Of a stretch of 41,842 nt of DNA, positions 9,821 to 19,377 are shown one piece after another. Both the position numbers and the translations under genes were made by a program. This DNA comes from Bacillales bacterium UBA6769 (GTDB taxonomy: Bacteria > Bacillota > Bacilli > Bacillales > UBA6769): positions 1-41,842 of the forward strand of contig DKGN01000145.1 of assembly GCA_002453275.1 (NCBI GenBank), written 5' to 3'. Positions within the stretch are counted from its first letter, which is position 1. The number at the start of each line of letters is the position of its first letter. The notes under the pieces are model-generated. The model did no database searches. It was not told the DNA's origin and saw only the letters and a list, made by a program, of their open reading frames with translations.

Positions 9821-10588
9821 TCAGTCTATTTTTGCGAGCATTCTCAGTCTTTTATAATCAGCAACCCATACGCCATCTTGATAAAGCTCTGGCCTGATGG
9901 TTTCTTTCACCTTCTCATATAGCTCGTCTTTCTCCTCTTGGGAAAAGCCTACAAAAAATTGAGTTGCAAAACTCTCAAGCCAATCGTTCAGCCCTTCGTC
10001 CCCATTCAACAATGGAGTAGGTCGTTCGAACAGATGGGCTTTGACAACTGTGAAGCCATGTTCCTCTAAGAGCATGCTGTACTCCGCAAGACTAGGAAAA
10101 TACCATGGATTTCGTAATGAAGCATCGATGTCATGTTCTTGAACCAGTATTTCTGTAACCCCTTGGACTATCGTTCCGATATTCCCCTTTCCCCCGAGTT
10201 CAACAACGAACCGCCCCCCAGGTTGCAGTGCATGTTTTGTCGATTGGATTACATTTGAAGCTCGTTTCATCCAATGAAGAGCTGAATTTGAAAAAACAGC
10301 ATCTACCTTTTCCTCTAACCGAAACGTCTCTCCATCATCAACTTTAAATTGCAGATGAGGGTATTTGTCTTGTGCTTTTTCAATCATTGCTACTGACGAG
10401 TCGATTCCTAAAACGGACGCCCCCGATTTCGAAATCTCATGAGCAAGATCACCTGTGCCACAGCCAAGATCAAGAATCGTTTCCCCTTTGTTTGGCTGAA
10501 GCCATTCGACAACATCTTCCCCAAATTTTGAAACAAAATGCTGTTTTTGATCATACAGTTCGGCATCCCATTCATTCGAATTGCTCAT
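9821..10588 (-). CDS. Class I SAM-dependent methyltransferase (Tam-like)
   Basis: ILDLGCGTG, DAVFSNSALHW; start moved to ATG 10588 (GGAGGG RBS). Confidence 0.88.
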   Translation of the reverse strand: MSNSNEWDAELYDQKQHFVSKFGEDVVEWLQPNKGETILDLGCGTGDLAHEISKSGASVLGIDSSVAMIEKAQDKYPHLQFKVDDGETFRLEEKVDAVFSNSALHWMKRASNVIQSTKHALQPGGRFVVELGGKGNIGTIVQGVTEILVQEHDIDASLRNPWYFPSLAEYSMLLEEHGFTVVKAHLFERPTPLLNGDEGLNDWLESFATQFFVGFSQEEKDELYEKVKETIRPELYQDGVWVADYKRLRMLAKID

Positions 10589-10607
10589 GTTCACTTTCCC
10601 TCCAGTT

Positions 10608-11615
10608 TCAAGTGGAAAAATCCTCCACATTCCCCGCTAGAAAAACCTTTCCATTACTTTCTGTCTGTTCAGCTAAGTGAATTGCTTTTTTTACATCGGA
10701 AAGTTTCACTTGATAACCTTCGTTCATTAGCTTGAGTTGCTCGTTTTCAACTAAATTAATGACACGTTGAAATGTATCGTGCCACATTTCAACCGAGACG
10801 TGGCGATTCCAATGACGCAAGTGAAACAACTTTGCATTCACGGTTGTTTCTTCGTTTATTTGTTTCCAATTAATCGGAACCCCTGATAGAAGGCCAATAC
10901 ATAAGAATTCTCCCGTTGGAGCAATACAAAATGCTAGATTTGTACCGTCTGTTCCACCTATCATATCAATTGCAGCATCTACACCCCGGCCAGCCGTCAA
11001 TTCCATCACCGTCTCATACAACGGTGTCTCCGAAGTATTAATGACGTGGTAAGCTCCCAATTGAATAAGTTGTTCGGTATGTTTATTGCTACGGGTCACA
11101 CCAATGAGCCGAATGCCAAAATGTTTTGCTAGTTGAGCATACATTCGCCCAATGGCAGACCCACAAGCATTTACAAGTAAAAGATCATTCGCTTTTAACC
11201 TTAATAACTTGGTAAGTGTAACCCATGCTGTAATCGGGTTAATATAGAGCTGGGCAGCTGTCAACATATCAATTGATTTAGGGACGACAACAGCGAATTC
11301 AGATTTTGCTTTAACGATTTCTTGCCACGTTCCCTCTCCACGTAATGGCAAAACACGTTTACCAAGTAAGTCTTTTGAAACCGAAGCTCCTACTTCTTCA
11401 ACTATCCCAACCCCTTCATAACCCGGTATACACGGTAAAGCAATTCGATGAGCATAGGCCCCTCGAATTGGTATTAAGTCAGATGGGTTAATCGGACGGG
11501 TAAGCATTCGGACAAGAATTTCACCGCGATTAGGAGGTTGAAGCGTAGCCTCTTCCAACCGTAAAACTTCCTGTGGATCCCCAAACTTATAAAATTGGAT
11601 ACGTTTTTGTTTCAT
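10608..11615 (-). CDS. MDR-superfamily oxidoreductase (2-enoyl thioester reductase-like)
   Basis: RPINPSDL, PGYEGVG, GTWQE, INPITAW. Confidence 0.85.
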   Translation of the reverse strand: MKQKRIQFYKFGDPQEVLRLEEATLQPPNRGEILVRMLTRPINPSDLIPIRGAYAHRIALPCIPGYEGVGIVEEVGASVSKDLLGKRVLPLRGEGTWQEIVKAKSEFAVVVPKSIDMLTAAQLYINPITAWVTLTKLLRLKANDLLLVNACGSAIGRMYAQLAKHFGIRLIGVTRSNKHTEQLIQLGAYHVINTSETPLYETVMELTAGRGVDAAIDMIGGTDGTNLAFCIAPTGEFLCIGLLSGVPINWKQINEETTVNAKLFHLRHWNRHVSVEMWHDTFQRVINLVENEQLKLMNEGYQVKLSDVKKAIHLAEQTESNGKVFLAGNVEDFST

Positions 11616-11627
11616 ATAAGCCTCCTT

Positions 11628-12119
11628 TTATTTTTCGATTAAACCATCAAGAAAGCCACTACCACCCGTTTTGCTAAAAAGAAAGTCAATGCCGTAGTGG
11701 GAAGCAACACCAGTCACAATCGCCCAGACAAAAATGCTTGCCGTCATCCATACCGTAATTTGCTTTCTCGTACCACCAAAGCCCATCGCTAAAATAGTAA
11801 CAAGATGACTTCCAATTAAAATCGGAGAAATAATTGCAAGACCAGGTAAACCGTATCGTTTCCAAATCCGGGCTGCTCGCTCCTCACGTTTCTTTGACTT
11901 TTCTTTCTTTTTCTGCTTCCGCTTCTCAAGCCAAACTTTTATCTTATCCATTAAAAAAATGACGATCACGATCGTAAGCATATTTCCAATAAAAGCAATA
12001 ATAGTCACCGGCACCGCATGGAGACCAGCGACTACGCCAATCGGAATAACTCCAACAATTTCCAAAAATGGGGTAGCTGCAAGTAAAAAAACAATGATGT
12101 ATGCGATAAATTGTGTCAA
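11628..12119 (-). CDS. Small multi-drug export family membrane protein
   Basis: PFLEI..VIPIG, GNM, Lys-rich loop, RYGLPGLAIISPILIG. Confidence 0.75.
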   Translation of the reverse strand: MTQFIAYIIVFLLAATPFLEIVGVIPIGVVAGLHAVPVTIIAFIGNMLTIVIVIFLMDKIKVWLEKRKQKKKEKSKKREERAARIWKRYGLPGLAIISPILIGSHLVTILAMGFGGTRKQITVWMTASIFVWAIVTGVASHYGIDFLFSKTGGSGFLDGLIEK

Positions 12120-12568
12120 TCAAGTTCCTCCTCAAATTTTAAATACTTTCTCTCTTCCCACCAAAAGATGACATATTGGATCGATCCCATTAAAAAAAGA
12201 ACGAACAACGGAACGGATCGATAATGATACAAGTTTATAATTAAAATGGCACTAACCGGTATGGCAAAAGCATAAAAAATGTACACTTTACGGCATGCCT
12301 GAAATGTCACCCATTTTAACCCTTCATCTTCCTCTTTCATTTCATACGGTTTCCATGAATTCAGATTAATTTTCCGTTGTGGATTCTTTCGATTATGAAT
12401 TATAATAAGAGTGAAAAAGAACACAGTTGTCGCTAATAAAAAGACACAGAGTAATAATATGTGTTCTTCAAAAAATGCTGGTGCATAAAGGCGCAACCCA
12501 AAAAATCCAAACACAAGTGCTAAGAAAAACAATTGCGTTAACGGTGAACGAACAATTTTTGCAAGCAT
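12116..12568 (-). CDS. 4-TM membrane protein of unknown function
   Basis: Hydrophobic helices with EEDEG motif typical of XRE-associated membrane proteins; start moved to ATG 12568. Confidence 0.65.
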   Translation of the reverse strand: MLAKIVRSPLTQLFFLALVFGFFGLRLYAPAFFEEHILLLCVFLLATTVFFFTLIIIHNRKNPQRKINLNSWKPYEMKEEDEGLKWVTFQACRKVYIFYAFAIPVSAILIINLYHYRSVPLFVLFLMGSIQYVIFWWEERKYLKFEEELD

Positions 12569-12590
12569 ACTCTCATTCCCTTCATTGCAT

Positions 12591-12794
12591 TCATCGAACC
12601 CAAAATACTTCTTCAACTGTCGTTTCAAAAGCCTCCGCCAATCTTAATGCGAGTAAAACAGACGGAGCATAGTCCCCTTTTTCAATTAATCCGACAGTTT
12701 GCCGCGTGATCCCTACCTGATTAGCAAGATCAGTCTGTGTCATATTAAAACGCGCTCTAAGTTCACGAACCCGATTTTCTAACATCAAACGCAT
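12591..12794 (-). CDS. XRE-family helix-turn-helix transcriptional regulator
   Basis: NRVRELR..MTQTDLANQVGITRQTV..IEKGDYAPS. Confidence 0.92.
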   Translation of the reverse strand: MRLMLENRVRELRARFNMTQTDLANQVGITRQTVGLIEKGDYAPSVLLALRLAEAFETTVEEVFWVR

Positions 12795-12817
12795 CCCTTC
12801 CTTAACTGCCTCACCGC

Positions 12818-12879
12818 ATTGTAATTGATCGTTGTCAAAATGTAAAGGATCATTGTCATTTTGTTAAGTAAATTTTACA
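12818..12879 (-). promoter_or_regulatory. SigA promoter overlapped by three tandem operator-like imperfect palindromes
   Basis: Minus strand TTTACA-N17-TACAAT; 18-bp units at 12820, 12841, 12862 (21-bp period). Confidence 0.65.
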
Positions 12880-12994
12880 TGCAATCCAGGATTTGAAATG
12901 TTAGACTAATTAGAAATGAAAGGAACGATATGAACATTAATTGCACCAGGATTGTACTGCAACTACGCTCTGAAACTAACCATAAAGTAAGGAT

Positions 12995-13231
12995 GTGAGA
13001 ATAGATTTGTTACTTTGGATAACTGTAGGTTTCATCATAATCGGAATTGTTGTTCTTACTTTTATGAAAAAAAATATGGAAAGGAAGGTCGCCTTAATAA
13101 TAGAAAATCAAGAAAGTATGGAGAGTAAACAAATTTTAACGAAACCCGTTATCTGGTGGATAGTAGGGACCACCGTATGGGGAATAGTAAGTATCTTTTT
13201 AATCGTACGGTCTTTTTCTGTTTATATGTAA
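12995..13231 (+). CDS. Small 2-TM hypothetical membrane protein
   Basis: 78-aa ORF with two hydrophobic helices. Confidence 0.6.
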   Translation: MRIDLLLWITVGFIIIGIVVLTFMKKNMERKVALIIENQESMESKQILTKPVIWWIVGTTVWGIVSIFLIVRSFSVYM

Positions 13232-13321
13232 TATGGTGAATAGAACAGTTAACTAAACGATGCTTTTAATTTACGGAATTGTCGGCAAACAGGATTGGAA
13301 ATCACCCACCAATTTGGCTAT

Positions 13322-13351
13322 GAATAGGCAGATAGGTAACATCACATCCTA
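13322..13351 (+). promoter_or_regulatory. Putative SigG (forespore) promoter
   Basis: GAATA-N18-CATCCTA upstream of the deacetylase gene. Confidence 0.55.
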
Positions 13352-13383
13352 AGCAATAAACATTCAAAAAAGGGGATCCGCTT

Positions 13384-14124
13384 ATGAAATTCACTCACCG
13401 TCTATGGATTGTGATACTGTCGATATTTTTTGGAAGCATCGTTCATCCATCAGCTGCGGAATCATCTACTTACTATCCACTCCAAACAAAATTCCCTCAT
13501 ACGATGATTTACAAAGCAGATACAAAAAATAAAGTCATCGCCTTAACATTTGACGATGGACCTGATGAACGATATACACCTCAAATCTTAGATGTACTCC
13601 AAAAACATAATGTAAAAGCAACCTTCTTTTTTCTTGGCTCTCGAGTCAATAAATATCCTGACATGGCAAAAAAAGTCCACGAAGATAAACACGTCATCGG
13701 GAACCATACGTATTGGCATCCAGAATTAACAAAAACAAGTGTAGAAAATATGGTGTGGGAAATTAAAAAAAACGAGAAAGAAATTCAGAACGTGCTTCAT
13801 ATGAAAACGAATCTTTTCCGTGCTCCTTATGGAGCGTTAAACGAAGCCCTAGTAAAAAAATTAGCTGAGCTTGGATATCGAGGGATTGGCTGGTCGATTG
13901 ACACAGAGGATTGGAAAAATAAATCTGGAGAAGAAATAAAACAAAACATGCTTCAAGAAGCTCACCCTGGAGCAATTGTCTTAATGCATAGCGCGGGGCA
14001 TTGGACACAAGATTTATCGGGAACAGCACAAGCATTAGATGAAGTCATTCCAATTCTCAAAAGCAAAGGGTATAAATTTGTTACCATTCCTGAAATGTGG
14101 TCCCATAACGAAACTCTAAAATAG
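13384..14124 (+). CDS. Secreted polysaccharide deacetylase (CE4/NodB family)
   Basis: Signal peptide; ALTFDDGP, GNHTYWH, FRAPYG, DTEDW, IVLMH. Confidence 0.92.
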   Translation: MKFTHRLWIVILSIFFGSIVHPSAAESSTYYPLQTKFPHTMIYKADTKNKVIALTFDDGPDERYTPQILDVLQKHNVKATFFFLGSRVNKYPDMAKKVHEDKHVIGNHTYWHPELTKTSVENMVWEIKKNEKEIQNVLHMKTNLFRAPYGALNEALVKKLAELGYRGIGWSIDTEDWKNKSGEEIKQNMLQEAHPGAIVLMHSAGHWTQDLSGTAQALDEVIPILKSKGYKFVTIPEMWSHNETLK

Positions 14125-14148
14125 TATGCTAAAATGAATTATATGGAT

Positions 14149-14165
14149 TATTCACAAAGTGAATA
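14149..14165. promoter_or_regulatory. Inverted repeat, candidate repressor operator for the MMPL gene
   Basis: TATTCAC-AAA-GTGAATA just downstream of extended -10 TGCTAAAAT (14127-14135). Confidence 0.45.
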
Positions 14166-14235
14166 TTAAGCAATAATGGAAGATAAACAACTTCCTCCTG
14201 TTAACTTTTTAACACTTTGCTAAGGAAGTGAACAC

Positions 14236-16350
14236 ATGCAAAATGTCGTGCATGCTGTGACGGATTGGGTCACAACTAATAAAGGCAAGTGGATTACAAT
14301 CATCATCTGGCTGATTGTGACGGGACTATTAGGAGCTCTCGCACCTGGTGCGAAAGAATATGAAGTTTCAAGTATCGACTCTCTCCCTGATAAGGCCCAA
14401 TCGATCGTTGCCCAAAGTAAAATTGATGAGTATTTTTCAAACAATGATGGAATCCCAGCTATTTTAGTTTTTCAATCGGAAAAAGAATTACACTTAGAAG
14501 ATCTAACCGTTTTTATCGAACGTGTCGAAGAAAAAAATATTAACGGCATTAAAGATTTTATCCCGCTTGCAGCGTTACCTCCGCAGGCGACTGACAGCTT
14601 CTTCGCAAAAGATCGTAAGACGGCTTTATTTCCAATATCTCTTGATTCATCTCTAGAAAACCGTGACGTTAAAGCTACATTAGAAAGCATTTATGATGAA
14701 GTAGATGAACATGCCCCCTTTGCTTTAAACATTACAGGTCCTGCCGGAATTGCAAAGGACTCACTTGATTTGTTTTCAAGAGCTGACATCGTGCTTTTAT
14801 TATCAACCGTTGTCATCATTTTAATTTTACTTATCATAATTTATCGCTCACCATTTTTAGCGCTTATTCCACTCGTAGCTGCTGCATTCGTCTACCAAGT
14901 CGTAAATCAAACGCTTGGGTTACTCGGTAAAGCTGGTGTCCTTTTAAACAATCAAACGATCTCGATAATGACCGTTTTACTATTTGCAACAGTCATTGAT
15001 TACTCTCTATTTGTTTTTTCTCGTTTTCGTGAAGAATTAAAAAGTCATGAAGATAAACACGAAGCAATGAAGCTAGCAATGCGTGGTGTTGGCGTACCAA
15101 TCTTTTATTCAGGTGCAACGATTTTAGGTGCGATGCTCGTTCTATTTTTTGCACAATTTGGTGATTATCGCAATTTCGCACCGACCTTTGCAACTGCTGT
15201 CATTATTGTCATGCTTGCTGCCATTACACTCATCCCGGCATTGTTCACGTCATTCGGAAGACGAGCTTTTTGGCCGAAAATTCCTCGAGTGGGAGAGGAA
15301 CACATAAAGCCAAACTCTGCCTGGAGTAAAGTTGGTCGCTTCGTTACAAGGAAGCCACTCGTTGCTGTCTTGAGTATAGGGGTTTTTCTACTCCTTTCCG
15401 CAAGTAACGTTATGAACATAAACTATGAATTTGATTTAATTAAATCATTTCCAAAGGATATGCCATCGCGAGTTGGCTATGAACAATTAGAAACAAACTT
15501 TGAAAAAGGCGACTTAGCACCGACAACCGTCCTATTTGAGTCAAAAGAGGCAATTTCCGAAGAAGAACGAGACACTTTGTCTACAATACTATCTGAGCAA
15601 TCGCTAGTTAAAAGCGTGCGAATTAATGACGTGTCCGACAATCAACGTGCGGTATCCTATAATGTAACCTTTGACGAAAGCCCATATGCCATTGAAACGA
15701 TGGATGCGCTAGAAGCAATGAGGAACGACGCTCAAAAGCTATTACAGAAGTCTGAATTAAGTGGGAATCTCTATTTTGCTGGAGAGACTGCCGAAGCTGT
15801 CGATGATCGTTCAACGAACAACCGTGATCTTATCGTCATCGTCATCCTTGAAACGATTTTAATTTTTTCTATGCTTATCTTTTTAACACGATCGTTCAGA
15901 ATGCCGATTTATATGATGGGAACAATTTTATTATCATTTTTAGCTGCACTAGGTTTAGGAATGTTTTTAACGAACTTACTCTTTGACATCGATGCCATTA
16001 GCAATCGTGTCCCTGTCTACTCATTCGTTTTTTTAGTTGCACTTGGGATTGACTATAATATTTTTCTCGTATCGCGGTTCATGGAAGAACGCAAAAAGCA
16101 GCCTCTTAAAGAAGCGATTGAGCTTTCTGTTTCAACGACTGGAGGTGTCATTTCTTCAGCGGGAATTATTCTTGCGGCGACCTTCGCCGTATTAATGACA
16201 CAACCGATTCAAGTACTCCTCGTGTTTGGATTTATCGTAGCGATTGGCATCCTGTTAGACACCTTTTTAATACGAGGCGTATTATTACCAGGGCTTCTCG
16301 TATTATTTGAAAAAGAAAAGGAGAAAAAGTCTTCTACTACAAATGAATAA
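14236..16350 (+). CDS. MMPL family (RND superfamily) transporter
   Basis: Two MMPL halves: ITGPAG, IDYSLFVFSRFREE; AGETA, LGIDYNIFLVSR, ISSAGIILAATF, ILLDTF. Confidence 0.92.
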   Translation: MQNVVHAVTDWVTTNKGKWITIIIWLIVTGLLGALAPGAKEYEVSSIDSLPDKAQSIVAQSKIDEYFSNNDGIPAILVFQSEKELHLEDLTVFIERVEEKNINGIKDFIPLAALPPQATDSFFAKDRKTALFPISLDSSLENRDVKATLESIYDEVDEHAPFALNITGPAGIAKDSLDLFSRADIVLLLSTVVIILILLIIIYRSPFLALIPLVAAAFVYQVVNQTLGLLGKAGVLLNNQTISIMTVLLFATVIDYSLFVFSRFREELKSHEDKHEAMKLAMRGVGVPIFYSGATILGAMLVLFFAQFGDYRNFAPTFATAVIIVMLAAITLIPALFTSFGRRAFWPKIPRVGEEHIKPNSAWSKVGRFVTRKPLVAVLSIGVFLLLSASNVMNINYEFDLIKSFPKDMPSRVGYEQLETNFEKGDLAPTTVLFESKEAISEEERDTLSTILSEQSLVKSVRINDVSDNQRAVSYNVTFDESPYAIETMDALEAMRNDAQKLLQKSELSGNLYFAGETAEAVDDRSTNNRDLIVIVILETILIFSMLIFLTRSFRMPIYMMGTILLSFLAALGLGMFLTNLLFDIDAISNRVPVYSFVFLVALGIDYNIFLVSRFMEERKKQPLKEAIELSVSTTGGVISSAGIILAATFAVLMTQPIQVLLVFGFIVAIGILLDTFLIRGVLLPGLLVLFEKEKEKKSSTTNE

Positions 16351-16360
16351 TTTCGATTTT

Positions 16361-16399
16361 AAGGCGCAAGTGAGTGAGGAACTCGCTTGTGCTTTTTTA
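16361..16399 (+). terminator. Intrinsic terminator
   Basis: AAGGCGCAAGTGAGT-GAGGA-ACTCGCTTGTGC followed by a T run. Confidence 0.8.
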
Positions 16400-16411
16400 T
16401 TTTCTCTAAAA

Positions 16412-16465
16412 TTTACATAATCTTTACAATTCCTCAACGCTCCCTTAATTTTCACCACCTATTAT
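16412..16465 (+). promoter_or_regulatory. Pho box and PhoP-activated promoter of pstS
   Basis: TTTACA (16412), TTTACA (16423), TCAACG (16434), TTAATT (16445) at 11-bp period, then -10 TATTAT (16460). Confidence 0.8.
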
Positions 16466-16506
16466 GAAACTTAGAAAGACAAAAAATTTTTAGGGGGAGA
16501 AACCAA

Positions 16507-17475
16507 ATGAAAATAAAAGCAATCTTTTCAGCTTTAATATTATTCGTAGCACTACTTACCGCATGTGGTAATGGCGATGGCAGTGAGGGTACAACAGGAA
16601 ATGCAAATAATTCCGATGATCAACAAAGTGGTGGAACGGTTCATATTGACGGCTCATCGACCGTATTTCCGATTATGGAGGCCATCTCTGAAGAATTTGC
16701 AGCCGTTTCTCCAGAGGTAAAAGCTCCGATTGGTGTATCCGGTAGTGGCGGAGGCTTTGAAAAATTCACTCTCGGAGAAACCGATATTAGTAACGCATCT
16801 CGTCCAATCAAAGATGAGGAAATCCAAAAAGCAGAGGAAAATGGAATCGATTTTACTGAATTTGAACTTGCTTATGATGGTCTTTCAGTCGTGATTCATA
16901 AAGATAATGATTTTATCGACAAGCTTACTGTCGACGAATTAAAGAACATTTGGGTTGAAAGTGATGATGTGAAAACATGGGCTGACATTCGTGACGGTTG
17001 GCCTGCGGAACCAATGGAATTTTACAGTCCTGGTACTGATTCTGGCACGTATGACTATTTTAACGAGGTCATTCTTGAAGATGAACAAATGCGGAAATCG
17101 GCAACATTATCTGAGGACGACAATGTTCTCGTTCAAGGAGTAGCAGGATCTCAATTTGCAATTGGGTATTTCGGATATTCATACTATGCAGAAAACGCTG
17201 ACAAACTAAAAGTTGTCCCGATTGTAAATGAAAGCGGAGAAGCAATTACACCTGACCTCGATACAATCCAAAGCGGTGATTACAATCCATTATCGAGACC
17301 ATTATTTATCTACGTCAGCAACGAGTCAATTAAAGAAAATGATGATGTTTATGAATATGTGAAATTTGCACTCGAATCTGTTGGTGATTTATCTGAAGAG
17401 GTTGGCTTTGTCGGCTTACCATCAGACAATTACACCGAAGCTCTTAAAAAGTTGGAGGAAATTAGAAACTCTTAA
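16507..17475 (+). CDS. pstS: Phosphate ABC transporter substrate-binding lipoprotein
   Basis: Lipobox LTAC; DGSSTVFP, GSGGG, DSGT, RPLFIY. Confidence 0.95.
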   Translation: MKIKAIFSALILFVALLTACGNGDGSEGTTGNANNSDDQQSGGTVHIDGSSTVFPIMEAISEEFAAVSPEVKAPIGVSGSGGGFEKFTLGETDISNASRPIKDEEIQKAEENGIDFTEFELAYDGLSVVIHKDNDFIDKLTVDELKNIWVESDDVKTWADIRDGWPAEPMEFYSPGTDSGTYDYFNEVILEDEQMRKSATLSEDDNVLVQGVAGSQFAIGYFGYSYYAENADKLKVVPIVNESGEAITPDLDTIQSGDYNPLSRPLFIYVSNESIKENDDVYEYVKFALESVGDLSEEVGFVGLPSDNYTEALKKLEEIRNS

Positions 17476-17483
17476 AAACATAC

Positions 17484-17510
17484 AAAGGTGGGGGGTAACC
17501 CTCACCATTT
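17484..17510 (+). other. Intergenic stem-loop between pstS and pstC (mRNA-stabilising or partial terminator)
   Basis: GGTGGGGG-GTAA-CCCTCACC. Confidence 0.55.
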
Positions 17511-17543
17511 ATTATCAATCCGATTGCTTAAGGAGTTTTATTG

Positions 17544-18482
17544 ATGAAAAATCACCTTTCTGTGTCAGAACTCATTAAACAAAACAAACAAAAGCAGCGA
17601 ATATTCACTTCTATACGAGAAAAAGCACTCCCTTTCCTCTTGTTCATTTGTGCTGTCGTGTCTGTTTTCACTACGCTAGGAATCGTTTTTACGCTCTTGT
17701 TTGAGACGGTAACATTTTTTAAACAAGTTCCGCTAATTGAGTTTATTACAAGGAAGGAATGGCTACCATTTTTCAAATCAGATCCATCCTATGGCATTCT
17801 TCCACTCATTTCTGGAACACTTATGGTTGCCGTTATCGCAATGATTGTTGCAGTTCCTTTAGGTTTAGCTGCTGCAATCTATTTAAGTGAATACGCGAGT
17901 GAGCGAACGAGAAGATTTTTAAAACCGATATTAGAAGTGTTAGCTGGAATCCCTACAATCGTTTATGGATTTTTTGCCTTGACTTTTGTAACACCGCTCC
18001 TTCAGAAATTCATTCCGGAACTTTCGTTTTTTAATGCATTAAGCCCCGGAATTGTCGTAGGAATTATGATCATACCGATGATCGCTTCTCTGTCTGAAGA
18101 TGCGATGAATGCTGTTCCAAACTCGATTCGAGAAGGGGCATTAGGACTTGGCTCAACCCGATTAGAAGTCGCGGTGAAAGTCGTTTTGCCCGCCGCCTTA
18201 TCTGGCATTATTGCCTCATTCGTACTTGCAATATCAAGAGCAATTGGTGAAACGATGATTGTCACAATTGCAGGTGGAGCAACGCCAACGTTAACAATGG
18301 ATGTAACGGATTCCATCCAAACGATGACTGCCTATATCGTTCAAGTAAGCTTAGGGGACGCCACTTACGGTTCAACTGTTTACTATAGTATTTATGCAGT
18401 TGGAATGACATTATTTATTTTCACGTTAATGATGAATTTACTCGCACAATTTATTTCTAAAAAGTTCAGAGAGGCGTATTAA
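17544..18482 (+). CDS. pstC: Phosphate ABC transporter permease
   Basis: LAGIPTIVYG, SRAIGETM. Confidence 0.95.
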   Translation: MKNHLSVSELIKQNKQKQRIFTSIREKALPFLLFICAVVSVFTTLGIVFTLLFETVTFFKQVPLIEFITRKEWLPFFKSDPSYGILPLISGTLMVAVIAMIVAVPLGLAAAIYLSEYASERTRRFLKPILEVLAGIPTIVYGFFALTFVTPLLQKFIPELSFFNALSPGIVVGIMIIPMIASLSEDAMNAVPNSIREGALGLGSTRLEVAVKVVLPAALSGIIASFVLAISRAIGETMIVTIAGGATPTLTMDVTDSIQTMTAYIVQVSLGDATYGSTVYYSIYAVGMTLFIFTLMMNLLAQFISKKFREAY

Positions 18483-18483
18483 T

Positions 18484-19362
18484 ATGAGCCTAATTGACAA
18501 AAAAAATGTTCGGAAACGAATCGTAAAAAGAATCGCTATCAATACATCATTAAAAGGACTTTTCTTTTCTGCGACGTTATTTTCACTTCTTATTTTGGCC
18601 GTTTTATTTTATCGCGTGTTTACCCAAGGCTTTGAGCATCTATCATTAGACTTTTTCACAAATTTTGCATCGCGGAAACCTGGGGAAGCTGGAATAAAAG
18701 CAGCTATTCATGGAACGATTTGGCTTATCGCCATCACAGCTCCCGTTTCGATTATTTTAGGAGTCGGCTGTGCTATTTATTTAGAAATGTATGCGAAAAA
18801 AAATACGTTCACTCGCTTCATTCAGATGAACATTTCAAACTTAGCTGGCGTGCCATCAATCGTCTTCGGCTTACTAGGCTTAACGGTGTTCGTTCGCATG
18901 TTTGAAATGGGAAGAAGTGTCCTTGCAGGTGGATTAACGATGTCCCTTCTTATTCTCCCGATTATTGTCGTTGCAGCTCAAGAAGCACTTCGCTCCGTCC
19001 CTCAAGATCTGCAGGAAGCGTCCTACGGGATGGGTGCATCGAAATGGCAAACGATTCGAAGAGTCGTTTTACCAGCTGCTCTTCCCGGGATGATGACGGG
19101 TAGTATTTTAGCCTTATCACGTGCAGTTGGGGAAACAGCTCCTTTAATAGTAATCGGAGCTTTAAGTTACGTTGCATTCGTACCCGAAAACATTTGGTCC
19201 GGCTTTACCGTCATGCCAATTCAAATCTATAACTGGACAGGTCGACCACAAGCAGCGTTCCATGACATTGCGGCTGCCGGTATTATTGTCTTACTTATCA
19301 TGCTCATTTTAATGAATTCAATTGCTGTTGCGATTCGGAACAAATTTTCAAAACGCTATTAA
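18484..19362 (+). CDS. pstA: Phosphate ABC transporter permease
   Basis: LAGVPSIVFG, SRAVGETAP. Confidence 0.95.
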   Translation: MSLIDKKNVRKRIVKRIAINTSLKGLFFSATLFSLLILAVLFYRVFTQGFEHLSLDFFTNFASRKPGEAGIKAAIHGTIWLIAITAPVSIILGVGCAIYLEMYAKKNTFTRFIQMNISNLAGVPSIVFGLLGLTVFVRMFEMGRSVLAGGLTMSLLILPIIVVAAQEALRSVPQDLQEASYGMGASKWQTIRRVVLPAALPGMMTGSILALSRAVGETAPLIVIGALSYVAFVPENIWSGFTVMPIQIYNWTGRPQAAFHDIAAAGIIVLLIMLILMNSIAVAIRNKFSKRY

Positions 19363-19377
19363 TAACGGAGGGTTTTT

